64,000 nt of DNA from Octopus sinensis (Eukaryota). Where the stretch lies: assembly GCF_006345805.1 (NCBI RefSeq), contig NC_043003.1, positions 28,954,001-29,018,000 of the forward strand. Direction: 5' to 3'. The stretch's first letter is position 1. Every line of letters begins with the position of its first letter. Under the pieces are notes generated by a model that was not told the origin of the DNA, did not search any database, and saw only the letters and a program-made list of their open reading frames with translations. Made by a program: the position numbers and the translations under genes. This document shows positions 1 to 15,515 of the stretch, in pieces.

Positions 1-157
1 TACCAAAGACTGTATATATGTAATGTAGCATTTTGTAACAACCAATAATTAACGCAACCAAACTTCTACATGTTACTTTTGACAATCCTTTTCCAAAGAG
101 TGAAACCGGTAAAGTAAATAAACATCTTTTAAAATTGCATTTTCAAACCTTCTTTTG

Positions 158-160
<3 letters not shown>
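1..160. repeat. Dispersed repeat fragment, inverted copy of 21630-21785
   Basis: 'gtgaaaccggtaaagtaaataaacatct...aattgcattttcaaaccttct' is the reverse complement of 'agaaggtttgaaaatgcaatt...agatgtttatttactttaccggtttcac' at ~21633-21688; flanked by (TA)n. Confidence 0.75.
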
Positions 161-227
<67 letters not shown>

Positions 228-329
228 CTTGTTTGTTTTTTGCATACTATCTGATAAGTTAACCGGAGCTTTGGTAAGTAAAGATAATTTTTCCTAGAAT
301 TACATTTCTACAATCTTATTTATGACTGC

Positions 330-1461
330 CTTGTTTCTTTTCAGCTAAACTGATATCTGACTATTCAAAGAAGACTAAAAGTAAATATGGCAATTTCTCT
401 TAAAAAATGGACAAAATTTAGTAACGTGATTTTATCAAGTACGTTCAGAAAATAATTTAGACCCCGAGAACATTCATACTGACTAGGCTGCTACATTAAG
501 AGGTTGACGCTTCAAAGTGGGGGGGGGGTTCAACTGAATTTAGGCGGGGAAGAGATAGTCTTGAAGATGACATAATGTCTGGACGTCCTGTAACTGCCAC
601 CACCAAGGAGAACATTGATCGTGATCACAACAAAGTGATGGATGACAGGCGATTGACTTTAAATCAAACACCCAATGCTATGAATATATCTCGTGAGAGA
701 GTTGAGAATATTCTGCACAATGATCTTGGCTTGACGGAAGCTTCTGTTCGGTGGATGCCACGTCTTCTAACACCTGGTCAAAAGCGCACCCAAAAATCTG
801 ACTTTGAGTTGGTTTCCTTGAAAGTTTCCCAACCCAGGTTGGGCTAAAGACAGACAATCAATGCAGTAGAAACGAGCCATCTCGTCTGCTCCATTGAAAG
901 CCAGTATCGCTTTATTTGTAGCGATGCAAAAGACATCGAGTTTATTGACTACTTTTAAAAAGTCCGCACCATTAATGAAGAGTACCATGCTCACTTGCTG
1001 ATGCAGTTCCGAAGAGCTATCAAGACGAAATGCCCATGAAGACTGAGGAAAGAAGTCTTGTTTCATCAGAAGAAAGCTGATGGTTTCCTTGGTTTCAATG
1101 GTTGCTGTGTGTGACTGTGGCTTTGAATTGGTTTATCAACCACTCTGTGCTCCAGATTTAGCCCTATCTGAACATCATCTGTCGTTCAACATGAATAAAC
1201 ATTTGGCTGGGTACCAGTATTGCAGTGATGATGACGTCACATCTGCTGTTGATGAAAGCTTCTTCACTTCTTCACCAACAGGATGAAATGTTTTTCGCCA
1301 ACAGGAAGAAAGCATCTTAACCAACAGGATCAAAGTACCGCAACACCGATAGAATATGTGCGTGGACCACAGCGCTAACTACGTAAAAACATAAACCCGA
1401 TTTGGTCACATTCCATGAGAGTATATTGGTCAACCCATTAGCTTTTCAACAGACTCTTGTA
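330..1461 (+). mobile_element. Degenerate mariner (Tc1/mariner) transposon, frameshifted transposase
   Basis: Translation gives MDKI.., SGRPVTATTKENID, ISRERVENILHNDLGL, WMPRLLT (WVPHEL-like) and a PDLALSE (YSPDLAPSD-like) motif; TIR-like end 'gcttttcaacagactcttgta'; same family as 16341-17781. Confidence 0.9.
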
Positions 1462-1569
1462 TTTATTCATATAATTACTCTGCTAACAGGAATTATATAT
1501 GCAAAGTGATTAGCGAGCGAGATCAATAAAAGAGAAAACAATCAGATTTACACCCATAATGTACACAAT

Positions 1570-1637
<68 letters not shown>

Positions 1638-1849
1638 CGTGATAACCGTGACCGACCAGGCTATCAGATGTTGCTACACATCGCTGGTCACAATGCGCTT
1701 CGTATTGTTTTTAGCCTTCAAATAACGCTACCCCGTTGGCTAAGCGAGCAGGCCAACAGAAGAAAGAGTGAGAAGAAAGTTGTGGTGAAAGAGTACAGCA
1801 GGAATCACGTGTGGATGTGTTTAGATGCAGAAATATGTACATATATATA

Positions 1850-1908
<59 letters not shown>

Positions 1909-2174
1909 ATATATACTTATTTCTGCATCTAAAGACGTCCACACGTGATTGCGTGATTTATGTAGCCATAAAATTTTACAAAGGACTCCCTTAACAATAA
2001 ATTACATAATTAATTATATCAATATTTATATTCACACAAACATGCACATACACACACACACACATATATATATATATACATACATATATATATATATGCA
2101 GATAGACGCATACACCCTCCCTCTTCTCATTCTTCTCTCCCTCACTCTCTCACACTCTCTTCGCATATGCACAC

Positions 2175-2248
<74 letters not shown>

Positions 2249-2291
2249 GCATATACACAGTACAAGCAGTCGTACGCACACACACACACAG

Positions 2292-2333
<42 letters not shown>

Positions 2334-2717
2334 GTATGTATGTATGTATCTATTATTTCATTAAAAATTTCTGGTGTGTCTTCTGTTCTTGCAAAACTGG
2401 CATGAAACTAATCGTTTTGTCAGTTCATGAAACCCGTTATTGTGTTGTGTGCGTAAGGGAATATTCAAAATTAATTAATTAACCATCCCCTGAAATGGAA
2501 TTAGACATATAATTATGATATAGAAAACTTATCTTTCTTCTTACTCTTAGCTGGCTTATCAGTTTGATGATAATTTTTTTCTTTCTTAACACACACGTGA
2601 AACACCGGTCACGTGTAACGTTTTTTCATACATTTTTTATCTGAATATATTTTGCTAAGAATATCTATACATGCATATATGTGTATGCATGTGTTTATAT
2701 ATGTGTGTGTGTGTGTG

Positions 2718-3365
2718 CGTGGTCTGATCGATAAGTATACGGACTGCTGTCACAGTAACGAAGCTAAAGCACGTAGAGTGAAGCCGCTTGACGCAGATTG
2801 ACCTTGAACTATGCTGTTCATAAGTTTTAACGTTCTAGCTTACTTCCGCTTGAAGCAGCAGTACTTGGAATGAAGGTGTGTAACACGTGATCCTCGCATT
2901 GATCATGACAGAGAAAGTTGAGCACAGAATTTGCATCAAATTTTGACAAAAGCTTGGCGATACATACATCAGAGACCTACACAAAGTTTTCAAAATGTTT
3001 TCACCGTTCTTGACACAATCAGCGAGACCTTGTGCAACTGAAACCCGAGTATATTTTTGGTCAACTGAATGCAGTTTTGGTACAAACATGGCAGACATGC
3101 GTCTCAAACCCAAATCTTCAGTGATAATGGACTGAACTAAACGGTAACTAATCCGCATATCCTCTGATAACTCACGGATGGCGATTCAACGATTTTCCCC
3201 TCACAGCTGCACGCACATCTGCGATGTTTTTCTCAGATCTGCTGGTTACGCGTCTCCCAGAACGTTCGTAAATATCGACATTTTTCGGCCATTTTAGAAA
3301 TGTCTGAACCACTCACATTTGTGTGCGCCTCATACACTCCTCTCCATACACTTTCTGTAACTTTG
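2718..3365. mobile_element. Mariner 5' fragment with internal inversion
   Basis: + strand 2906-2988 reads MTEKVEHRICIKF*QKLGDT; the continuation (KLQKVYGEECM..RSGR..IAIRELSEDMRISYRLVQSIITEDLGLRRMSAMFVPKL) is on the - strand 3365->2989. Confidence 0.85.
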
Positions 3366-3384
3366 CTAATATTAATGCAGTATA

Positions 3385-3995
3385 CGGGGATCGGACAATA
3401 AACGTAACCAGTGTCAACGGCGGTTCCAGAAATTCCGAGTCAGAAATTACAACCTAGATGACGAGCCTCGTCCTGGAAGATCTGTAGAGCTTAACGAGAA
3501 CATCCTGGAAACCCTGGTGGAGCAAAATCCCACTGTAACTGTTGAAGAACTTGTAGAGAGGTTTGGATTTGGTCATTTAATCATTCATCGACACCTGCGT
3601 GTCATCGGAAAAGTCTGCAAATTGGGTCAATGAGTTCCTCGCCAACGTTCCGAATATAATCGCGCGCAGTGAGTGAATGTGTGCTCTTCTTTGCTGTCAT
3701 GACTCACGAATGAACCTCTTTTGGAACGAATACTGACTGGTGACGAGAAATTGATTCTCTATAAAAATGTCAAACGCCGAAGACAGTGGGTAGGGAAAAG
3801 AGAAACACTGGCACCCCAGGTTAAAGAAGGTCTTCACCTACGTAAGGTGTTGTTATCTGTTTGGTGGGATATGAAAGTATTAATACACTTTAAACTTTTA
3901 AAACCAAATCAAACGATAACAAAGAAGATCTACTGCGAGCAGATTGAGTGGCTTACATCGGTGCTAGAAGTAAAACGACCATCTTTGGTTTCAAG
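3385..3995 (+). mobile_element. Mariner transposase fragment (second subfamily)
   Basis: VYGDRT..FQKFR..NLDDEPRPGRS..KLGQ*VP..RILTGDEK..KVLLSVWWD; first catalytic D in TGDEK; several stops; truncated at a SINE head. Confidence 0.92.
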
Positions 3996-4083
3996 ACGGA
4001 ATTTGAACTCAGAACGTAAAGACCGACGAATTACTGCTAATCATTTTCCCGGCGTGCTAACGGTTCTGCCAACTCGCTGCCTT
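3996..4083 (-). mobile_element. tRNA-derived SINE family 2 head
   Basis: Reverse complement reads aaggcagcgagttggcagaaccgttagcacgccggg...acgttctgagttcaaattccg (A/B-box-like); matches 29480-29587. Confidence 0.8.
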
Positions 4084-4184
4084 TTAAAGTTTGATTCATA
4101 TTTCTTGCATGTCAAGCAAGAACGTAGAGAACCCTCTCAATAATTTCAATAAGCAATGATTTCTCTCTCTCCATATTCTTTTAA

Positions 4185-4272
4185 GGGTAGCGAGCTGGCA
4201 GGATCGTTGGCGCGCCGGGCGAAATGCTTAGCAGTGTTTCGTCTGCCGTTACGTTCTGAGTTCAAACTACGC
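4185..4272 (+). mobile_element. tRNA-derived SINE family 2 head
   Basis: 'agcgagctggcaggatcgttggcgcgccgggcgaaatgcttagc...acgttctgagttcaaa'. Confidence 0.8.
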
Positions 4273-4309
4273 AAAAATTAGGAGACATCTTTGGTATCAA
4301 TTCGCCTGC

Positions 4310-4860
4310 TCTTTTAACTCATTTGTTACGGATCCACCTGTGACTGTCTCCGGTTCTATGGTACAAACTTTGTTTTAAAGTGATTGAAATTAAAACATTC
4401 CATCAGAATTTCATGTAATGTTTCAAACACCAGCTTAATAATGACGGAATCATTTCAATAAATTCATTATTAATACTAACCCGCAAGAGAGCATCCCTGG
4501 TTCTATTATATAAACTTCGTGTTTCAAGTAATCTAAATTAAAATTTTCTATAAATTCCATGTTACGTTCCAAACACCTGCTTAATAATGCTAAAGTTAAT
4601 TGACTAAATTATTTATTATTTTCAAAATTAATTTAAACAAAGGCAGTATCTCTCATCAAAAATATAGTAACGGAAGGGATTAGCAACGACAAAGTTATTT
4701 TTCTAAATTCTTCATTATTTTAAAAATTAATTGAAACGAATTGTATTTAGACAGAAATATGTTAATGAAGGTGATAATAATACCAGTTATTCTACTAAAT
4801 TCTTCATTATTAAAAAAAAATTATTGAAACCAAAGCAGTAGATTTCAACAGAAACAAGTT
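4310..4860. repeat. AT-rich element with ~90-100 bp degenerate tandem subunits
   Basis: Recurrent 'taataatg.caaagttatt...ctaaattcttcattatt..aaaattaattgaaac..aggcagta..tttcaacagaaata' at about 4430, 4585, 4690 and 4780. Confidence 0.6.
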
Positions 4861-5238
4861 GAATCCATGCCATCATCACTTCTCGTTTTATGAGTACTGT
4901 AATTCTTTATCCCTGGGCGAGTGCCTGATCAAAAAGAACTATGATCAGCGACATTCTAAGCATGCCCTCCACAACTCTTTTTCCTATGCATAGGGCAGCA
5001 CCTAAGACTACACCATCCTCTGTGCCTTTTTGCCCCTAAAAAGAGCAGAAGATGATTTCATGGGAGACCTAGATACTCTTTCTAGCAAGTAGAACAACCA
5101 GCTAGAGGTTCCGTCGTTGTTTCTTTACAAAAGTTGTGTTCCTAAGATATATTTCTGTAAAATTCTTGATTCACTTGTAAATATATTTCTGGATGTATTT
5201 CTAAGTATATATGTATACACACACACACACACACACAT

Positions 5239-5308
<70 letters not shown>

Positions 5309-5579
5309 TACATATACACACATGTATATTTAGAAATATATTTCTAAATATACAGGGGCTGACCTGTCATTTCAACATATGGCGTTTATTTTTGGTAAAC
5401 ACCGTTTACATTTACTGTGTAATAATATTCATCACATCCTGCTTGAAGTATGCCAACTGCGTCTTATCATGTTCAGTATCATCGTCGTTGTTGTCGTCGT
5501 CGTCATCACCATCATCATTACCATCATCATCATCAACATCATCATCATCATTATCATCATCGTCATCATCATCATCGGG

Positions 5580-7405
5580 TTGCAAAAGCCTCGAAAACCT
5601 GTTCGGACGTTTCCAACTGTCTGACAGGTACCGAAAGATTTCCCAAGTGTGCCAGTATGAACTTGGAGCAACTACATTGGGCTTTCCAAATCGACAGAGT
5701 ATTCGCTATTATCTGACTGATATAGCATTGAGTGACTACAATATAAATTGATCGGCTACACATACCACAAATTTGTAATTTGCGGAGTCGACTTTGATAG
5801 GACTCATAGGCGGAGACCAGCTACGAAAGTTGAATGTGTCTTTCCAGACACGCAAAATCTTCAGAGATCGGAGTAGCAAACTAGTCAAGCGACATTTCAC
5901 AGGAGCAATAATGAACAGCAGGTGATGGGGAGTCATGAAGAGGGCTATTAAATATTAAAGAATTGGTTAGAATATGTAAGGAGCAACTGAGAGATGGGAA
6001 TAGATAAGAGGGAAAGCTAACCAATAAACTAGAAAAGGCAATTAGAAATAGTATCCCGAGCAACGTGTCCGTTGCAAAAAGGGCTCCCGACCATCTCTTC
6101 AGCACAAAACACCAAGGCTAAGTTATCAGAGCTCGAGCTCTGGCACTAAAACAAAAAGGAACGAAAGCTGTTCGACGAGAAAGGCTTGGGTACACACAAC
6201 GTCGCAATAACGACACATTTCGGTTTTTGACAGACAACGATGGGTGTGTGCTATTTAGTTCAAAGCTGATGTGTGCTGCGTCCCCGCAGCACTTTGTTTA
6301 ACTGTTCTGAGTAAACGATTTGTCAGAGATTGCTATGGACTTCAATGCCTACAGTGATGGCTTGATGCGATTCTCGCTAAAAGAGACAAGGCACTGAGGT
6401 ACGGGATGTATTGACCGGTTCTACAGAGACAAATCACTTAGTTTGGATGAGCTACCCTGAGTTTTATGGTTATGTACCAGCCCTATTTAGCAACGTTTTG
6501 ACAAACGTCTACCGCAGCTGGCAGCAAAACAGGAAAATTCCCAATTATGTGGACCGGGTGGAATTAACGCTGCTGAGAAAGGACACCAACAAATGGAATA
6601 TTATAGGTAATTTTCGATTATAACACCGCTAAAGGCGAAGTTAAAGACTTTGACCAAGGTGTTAGCGAAGAGATTGAAGTTTGTCGTCAGTGGTTTGGTC
6701 AGTGAAGCACAAACCTGTACGACCCCCGACAGATCCGTCTAGGGCAACCCCCACCTCATGCAATACATCAGAGAGGACGCGAGTAACAAATCTGGAGTAG
6801 ATGAGGTGCTGATCAGTTTCTAAAAGTGGAAAGCCTTCGATGAGGTCAACCCTCGCTACCAGGCAGCAACCCTAACAGTAACCCGTTGTAGACCTGTTTT
6901 CAGAGGCAAGATCGTAGCAATACACAATGACATTTGCTCGATGATCATATTGAACGGGCGCCTCTCAGGACTTTTTCATGTCACTCACTCGATCCGTCGG
7001 ATCTATCCTCTCTCATCCTTTATATACGCAGTTGACTGTCGAGTCATTGCTGTGGAAGCTAGATCTCGTGGAGATGGGTGCATCCCTTTCTAGCTGTGAT
7101 GCAGGAGAATTTGTGTTTGTGTATGCAGATGAGATCACAGAAAGGGTACCGGACACCACCACAGCAGTGCAAATGGTCGATTCCATCCTAAAGGAATACG
7201 AAGTGGTGGCTGGAGCAAAGACAAATTCGGCGAGGTGGGCTTGTAATTATAATTTATTTTTCTTTCCGTTGAACAACATAATAGGACACTGGACAGACGG
7301 ACCGGTTAAATTTCTTGGTCTCTGGTTTACCACGAACCTCCAGGGTGAGAGATATTTGGAAGAAGCAGGTCTCAGCCGGAACTTAAACTCAGAATGTAGA
7401 CTGAC
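5580..7405 (+). mobile_element. Degenerate Tx1/L1-clade LINE ORF2 (APE endonuclease end plus RT)
   Basis: DRVF and IGYTYHKF (SDH-like) endonuclease motifs; ..PEFY..NVYRSWQQ..LTLLRKD..NFR..KTLTKVLAKRL..EAQTC..; KAFDEV; FVYADEIT (YADD-like); many stops and frameshifts. Confidence 0.85.
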
Positions 7406-7574
7406 GTAGCTAATTGGTCATAGAGCACTTTGCTCGCCGATTTTTCGCTCTTGTATGTAATTGCGTCGTGTGGTTGTAAAAGGATATCGGCTTTGTCCTG
7501 ATCTCATTAATGCCGTTACTATATAAAAGTGTTTTGTAAATTTTGCTATTTGTTAAATTTGTTTCAGAAACTAA

Positions 7575-7936
7575 GACAACAACAACAATAGCAGCAATAA
7601 CAACAATAACAAACAGCAACTACACTAATGAAATATCCAAAACAACAACGGCGAAAATAAGCACAAAAGAAGCAATATATCAAAAGCACTAAAGAAATAG
7701 CAACTGTATAAACAACTTCAAGAACAGCAGACGGTGGCGGCGATTGCGGCGGCGACAGCGACAACACCAGTAGTAGACAGGGCATCGTCGTCGTTGTCAT
7801 TGTCATCATTGTCGTCTCATCCTCACTGTCGTCGTCATCGTTATCATCACCACAGCCACTTGTACTATCACCACAACCGCCACCACGACCATCACCTGCT
7901 TCATCATCATCATTACCATCATCATCATCATCATCG

Positions 7937-7982
<46 letters not shown>

Positions 7983-7987
7983 TACCC

Positions 7988-8030
<43 letters not shown>

Positions 8031-8150
8031 TAACAACGACGACAAAACAACAGCAACAAGACTCTCAATAATAGTAACAATGACAGCAGTATCAGCAACA
8101 ACAACAACCCTACCGGCAACAGGTAACAACAACAACAACAACAACAACAT
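7575..8150. repeat. Compound (CAA)n/(CAT)n/(CAC)n microsatellite
   Basis: Direct inspection; source of the poly-His/poly-Met ORFs in the track. Confidence 0.95.
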
Positions 8151-8246
8151 TTTTAACCGCACTAAAACAATAAGCAACGAAACGAAACCAAGCAATATAA
8201 AATCTATACCCAGTTCCTTATTGGACTTTATTATTTACAAGTTGTA

Positions 8247-8450
8247 AGATGGCGAGCTAGCAGAATAGTTAGCTCGCCGAACAATATGCTTGGCAGCATT
8301 TTGTCCGTCTTCACGCCCTGAATTCAAATTCCACCGAGGTGCACTTTATCTTTCGGGGTTGATAAAATAAGCACCATTTTAAAACTGGTGTCGATAATCG
8401 ACTAGCCTGCTCCTTTAAAATTGCTGGCCTGGTGCCAAAATTTAAAACCA
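8247..8450 (+). mobile_element. SINE family 2, degenerate copy
   Basis: 'ggcgagctagcagaatagttagctcgccg...ctgaattcaaattccaccgagg...ctttcggggttgataaaataagcacc'. Confidence 0.8.
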
Positions 8451-8514
8451 GTAACAGTGACTGAGTTGCGCTTGCGGATCGTCCGCCCGGAATAAATACA
8501 ATGATATATATATA

Positions 8515-8997
8515 CAGTGATCCCTCGTTTATCGCGGTAGATTGATTCCGAGACCGGCCGCAATAACTGAATTTCCGCGAAGTAGGAACACCATATTTAC
8601 AGTATTTATTTAACTGGACTTTTAAAACCCTCTCTGTTAACAGCACACCCATTACAGTATATTTTAATAACAAGGAAAACTGTTAAGTAATAACACTTTA
8701 GATTTAAAAAAATAAAGATTGATACTGTTACACAGGCCAAATTACAAAATAGAAAGCTGTGATTCGTCGTCTCTCTCCATTGCACCAATCACAGCCCGTC
8801 TTAAGTTCAAATTCCCTGGTATATACTTTTTTGTTATTTTACGCTTGTTTTGTTGTTCGTAGACTAGGAGATAATATTTGTTATTGATATTTTAATGGAT
8901 TTAATGAAAAATTTTAGGCGTTCATATATATATATTTTTTAAATGCGCCAAGTCGTGAATCCGCGATAGTCGAACCGTAAGTAGCGAGGGATCACTG
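8515..8997. mobile_element. Tigger/pogo-like MITE
   Basis: Perfect 13-bp TIR cagtgatccctcg / cgagggatcactg with TA on both sides; no coding capacity. Confidence 0.85.
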
Positions 8998-9062
8998 TAT
9001 ATATATATATATATATGTATGATATATTTATATATATATAATATATATATATAATTATATAT

Positions 9063-9104
<42 letters not shown>

Positions 9105-9309
9105 ATATATATATATATATATATATGCACATACACATATATAAATAAATATAGAAGTGTTGGGTATGTTCCTAGTAGTAAGCCGATGAAGCATGATCAC
9201 TGACTATGGTTACATGGCGTCATCCACGGTATTTATACAATTGTCGCGGGATCTGCCTCGGGAATTCATCAGTTTTCGATGACCATATAACAATTGATTG
9301 AAACCGAAA

Positions 9310-9645
9310 TTGGAATATGCGAGGAAAGTTTTGTTCACAACGACAGTTTCGACGCATTCTGCATTGATTCCTTGCGAGTGGGATACTGTACAACTGGTTG
9401 TGACGCATCCCTCGGTGCAGACGCATCACCTCAGATGATTTTATAAGGGATATCTCGTTAACATGCTGTATTAAAAACCGCAGGAAACAGAGTTCCTTTA
9501 ACGAGATACCACTTATAACATCACCTGAGAAGATGCATCTGCAGCGAGGGACGCACCTCAACCACTATCTCACCTGCGAGGGATCGATGCAGGATGCATC
9601 GAAGCAATCGTTGTGAAATATAAAGTTTCCCGTATATTCCATTTT
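9310..9645. repeat. Long imperfect fold-back (arms ~150 bp, ~36-nt spacer)
   Basis: 9396-9461 is complementary to 9498-9564 and 9310-9385 to 9570-9645, with mostly transition mismatches. Confidence 0.9.
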
Positions 9646-9664
9646 TAGTCTCTATCATTTGTTT

Positions 9665-12572
<2,908 letters not shown>

Positions 12573-12797
12573 TGTAATATTTTGAATTCGCCTTAAATGG
12601 TCCTTTTACATACTGAATACTTGGTGAAATTGATTAATAACTAATTAATTTTACCCTCAATTGTTGAAATTATAATTCATTTCTCTCTGTTTATTGCCTC
12701 GGTTTTCACCGCTAAAATATGGTGTTTGCTAGTTTAGCCCACGTGGGTGGAAAGGGAGAACAGGAATTCTTCGCTTGCATATTTTGAATTTGTTGAC

Positions 12798-13152
12798 ACT
12801 GTCAGTTTGAACGGGTCGTCTGAGGTGTTAAGTCGCCAAAAGGGTATGTTCCTACTTTCAGTGTTTCCAAATCCAAATTAAGAAATTTTGGGCTGACGAA
12901 AGAAATGTCGAATTTTATTTGGCTGATCTAGAAACGTAACGTTCTCAAATAATCTTTGCACTTGTGATTTTTTAATGTTTTTTACACCCCCGTGGGTTCG
13001 TACGGTATATTTAGAGAAAACTTTACTATTGATAGAGTAAATTGAGAAAACTTTAATTTTTAAATAGCTAAAAAACTTTTTTGGCTGCTATTTCTAATGA
13101 GTTCAGTATGTGGCAAAGTATATATTTATTTTACTAAGCCCTTTTATATTAA
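12798..13152. mobile_element. Second, near-identical copy of the same MITE lacking its left TIR
   Basis: 12798-12985 is nearly identical to 12235-12420; right TIR present at ~13125-13152. Confidence 0.8.
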
Positions 13153-13249
13153 TATATATATATATATATATTATACCACAGTAAGCACATCAACGCAAAA
13201 CAATGCGTAAAATATAGTACTCGAATACCGGACGCAGAGTAATATGCTT

Positions 13250-13365
13250 TATTAAATAGCAGCAATAATATCACAAGAACTGTCACTCAGAGTTCCTCGT
13301 TCGTCCGACGTACGGGAACGTGAAACTCTGAGTAATAGTTTTTGTGATATTTTCTCTGCTTTTTG

Positions 13366-13370
<5 letters not shown>
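13250..13370. repeat. Hairpin containing a degenerate hammerhead-like motif
   Basis: Arms ~55 bp; + strand 13305-13334 reads ccgacgt-acg-ggaa-cgt-gaaa-ctctgagt-a. Confidence 0.65.
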
Positions 13371-13414
<44 letters not shown>

Positions 13415-13452
13415 TATATATATATAATATATATATAATATATATATCGTAT

Positions 13453-13885
13453 AATCGGTTTTTTTTTATGCGCCGCCGTTTTTACAATCTTGTAAATAGT
13501 AATAATGGAATTTTTAAATAAGCTTAAAGCTTATGGCGATTACCGTGCAGTGACTAAGGAAAATAGTCTAATAAAGAAGTATATAAGCCCTAGGAAAGCC
13601 TACTTTTTTCTTTCGAAGGCTAATTATTATTTACAGGGTTGTAAAAACGGCGCCGTATAAAAAAAACCATTCTCACAGAAAGTTTGTTTACATATAGAAA
13701 AGCAAACACGAAGCATTATAGTTTTTAATTTGTCAGGAAAAATTCGCGTTAACAAAGAGATGTGGGTTCGGCTCCCACGCGGATAGGAAAGCCTTCTTTT
13801 CCTGTCAAGGGCTTATATGCCCATTTATTAGACTATTTTCATTGTACGACTATCGCCATAAGCTTTAAGATTATATAAAAATACC

Positions 13886-13890
<5 letters not shown>
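13453..13890. repeat. Interleaved inverted repeats (probable PLE terminal-repeat debris)
   Basis: 13453-13505 is inverted at 13620-13670; 13500-13600 is inverted at 13806-13890. Confidence 0.7.
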
Positions 13891-13927
<37 letters not shown>

Positions 13928-14039
13928 CTGTGAAACATTCTGTAGAATATACTGTACATAAGATCGTGGGTAAGGTCAAAACAATGCGAAGTAAATGCAA
14001 GGTAAATTACAAGAAAACAAATATGTAAATTAATGTAGA

Positions 14040-14740
14040 TTTACCTTGTATTCAATATTTCGGGGTTGTGATCCCATTTTCAAGAAATTTATGATTGTTG
14101 CCGAAGTGCGTGTGTGGAGCGCACATGCGCAGAAAGGGTGTTGTTATAGTAACCAGCTAGCTTCCTGTAACTCCCTTCTATTATTTATCTTGGGTTTCTA
14201 TTGATGTATGAGGATAGCCTCAGAGATTCTAAGGTTGCCCCTGTTCCGCTGTGTTGCCTTGATGTGCACTGTGAACTCCCTGGTCTGGTATTTCCGTAGA
14301 TGTTTCCTCACGGAAGTTTTTACCTGCATGTGTTCCTTGAAGCGTACATGCAGTTTTCTTGTCGTGCTTCTATATTTGTCTAACTGTCATAGGCAAACTG
14401 CTTATGCCTTTAAAATATACCAAGAGAGCATACAGTATGCTCAGATCTGCACCTAATATGCATCTATCGTTGAAACAGCTGTAAAGAATTACCGGCATAT
14501 ACTCTTTCATTCACTTACAAGTTTTTCACCAGTGATACCATAGATTTTATTTATCGAGTTCAAATCAACTTTATAAGCTTCTTTTCTATGTCATCCTGGA
14601 AATGTAACTCTACACAAGAATCATTATAAACTTTCCCCTTACGGAACTTTCCTGGTTTCCTATTATGTTTTTCTTTATGTACCACTCGTCAATATGTTAT
14701 ATGTTATCAAGTGATTCGATACCGTCAGACTACCAGTTAA
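14040..14740 (-). mobile_element. Penelope-like element relic with GIY-YIG endonuclease
   Basis: - strand DKYRSTTRKLHVRFKEH..SVRKHL..LRISEAILIHQ*KPKINNRRE matches the PLE GIY-YIG pattern (YIG.T.R.L..R..EH / EAI.I....P.IN); degenerate hammerhead-like end at ~14050-14090. Confidence 0.8.
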
Positions 14741-14789
14741 CATCTGCACTATTATTTTTATGTATATATGTATATATATATATATATAT

Positions 14790-14829
<40 letters not shown>

Positions 14830-14859
14830 TATATATAAATAATAATATTAGGGAATAAT

Positions 14860-14935
14860 CCAAATTTACTGAAGATTGTCGATCAAGACAAGAAACGATT
14901 GTAGTGGCGGTTTTTTTGACTATTTATTAAATTTT
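14860..14935 (+). ncRNA. Hammerhead ribozyme-like motif (type I)
   Basis: aaattta-CTGAAGA-ttgtc-gatcaa-gacaa-GAAA-cgattgtagt..gactattta-t-taaattt; 5-bp stem II perfect, stem III irregular. Confidence 0.6.
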
Positions 14936-14998
14936 ATGTATTGTTAAGTCTTTCCTTGTTTGTTTTGCAAAATAGTGGTTTGTCTCAAATAATATTTT

Positions 14999-15039
<41 letters not shown>

Positions 15040-15041
<2 letters not shown>

Positions 15042-15234
15042 AAGTTAATCCAAACAAGAAGCACAAAAAACACAAAGCGAGGACGTGGAACAAGTATAGT
15101 ATAATTGGACGCTCAGGAAAGAAGGAGGGTTTAACGTTTCGAGCGGAGCTCTTCGTCGGAAACATAGGCGATGGAAAGATTCAGAGAAGGGAAGACAGAG
15201 GAAAAAAAATCGCCAACGGTACACACGTGGTCAC

Positions 15235-15237
<3 letters not shown>
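15040..15237 (-). mobile_element. Short repeat family A carrying a minimal hammerhead-like motif
   Basis: - strand gttt-CCGACGA-a-gagc-tcc-gctc-GAAA-cgt-t-aaac; other copies at 27755-27895, 33632-33840 and 45520-45605 (partial); always beside (TA)n. Confidence 0.75.
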
Positions 15238-15271
<34 letters not shown>

Positions 15272-15344
15272 AGTGTGTGTGTGTGCACATAGAACATAGA
15301 GATTCATATATATAAGTATACGTATACTTATACATATATATTTT

Positions 15345-15515
15345 TTTTTTCTCTCCTTTTGTTATCTCTCCTCGTTTTTTTTCTGTGTATCTTTCTGTAG
15401 AAGAGCTTAGGCTCGAAACATAAAAGACTTTTTCTATTCCTGAGCGCTATACTAATACATTTTTTTGTTTGTACACCACCTGCCTTCGTCTTTTGTTTAT
15501 TTTCGTAAACTTTCC

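Noticed and set aside
9396-9564. Canonical pre-miRNA
   Set aside because: Stem is far longer than a pre-miRNA and extends to ~150 bp; mismatch pattern shows no strand-consistent G-U bias; kept only as a fold-back finding
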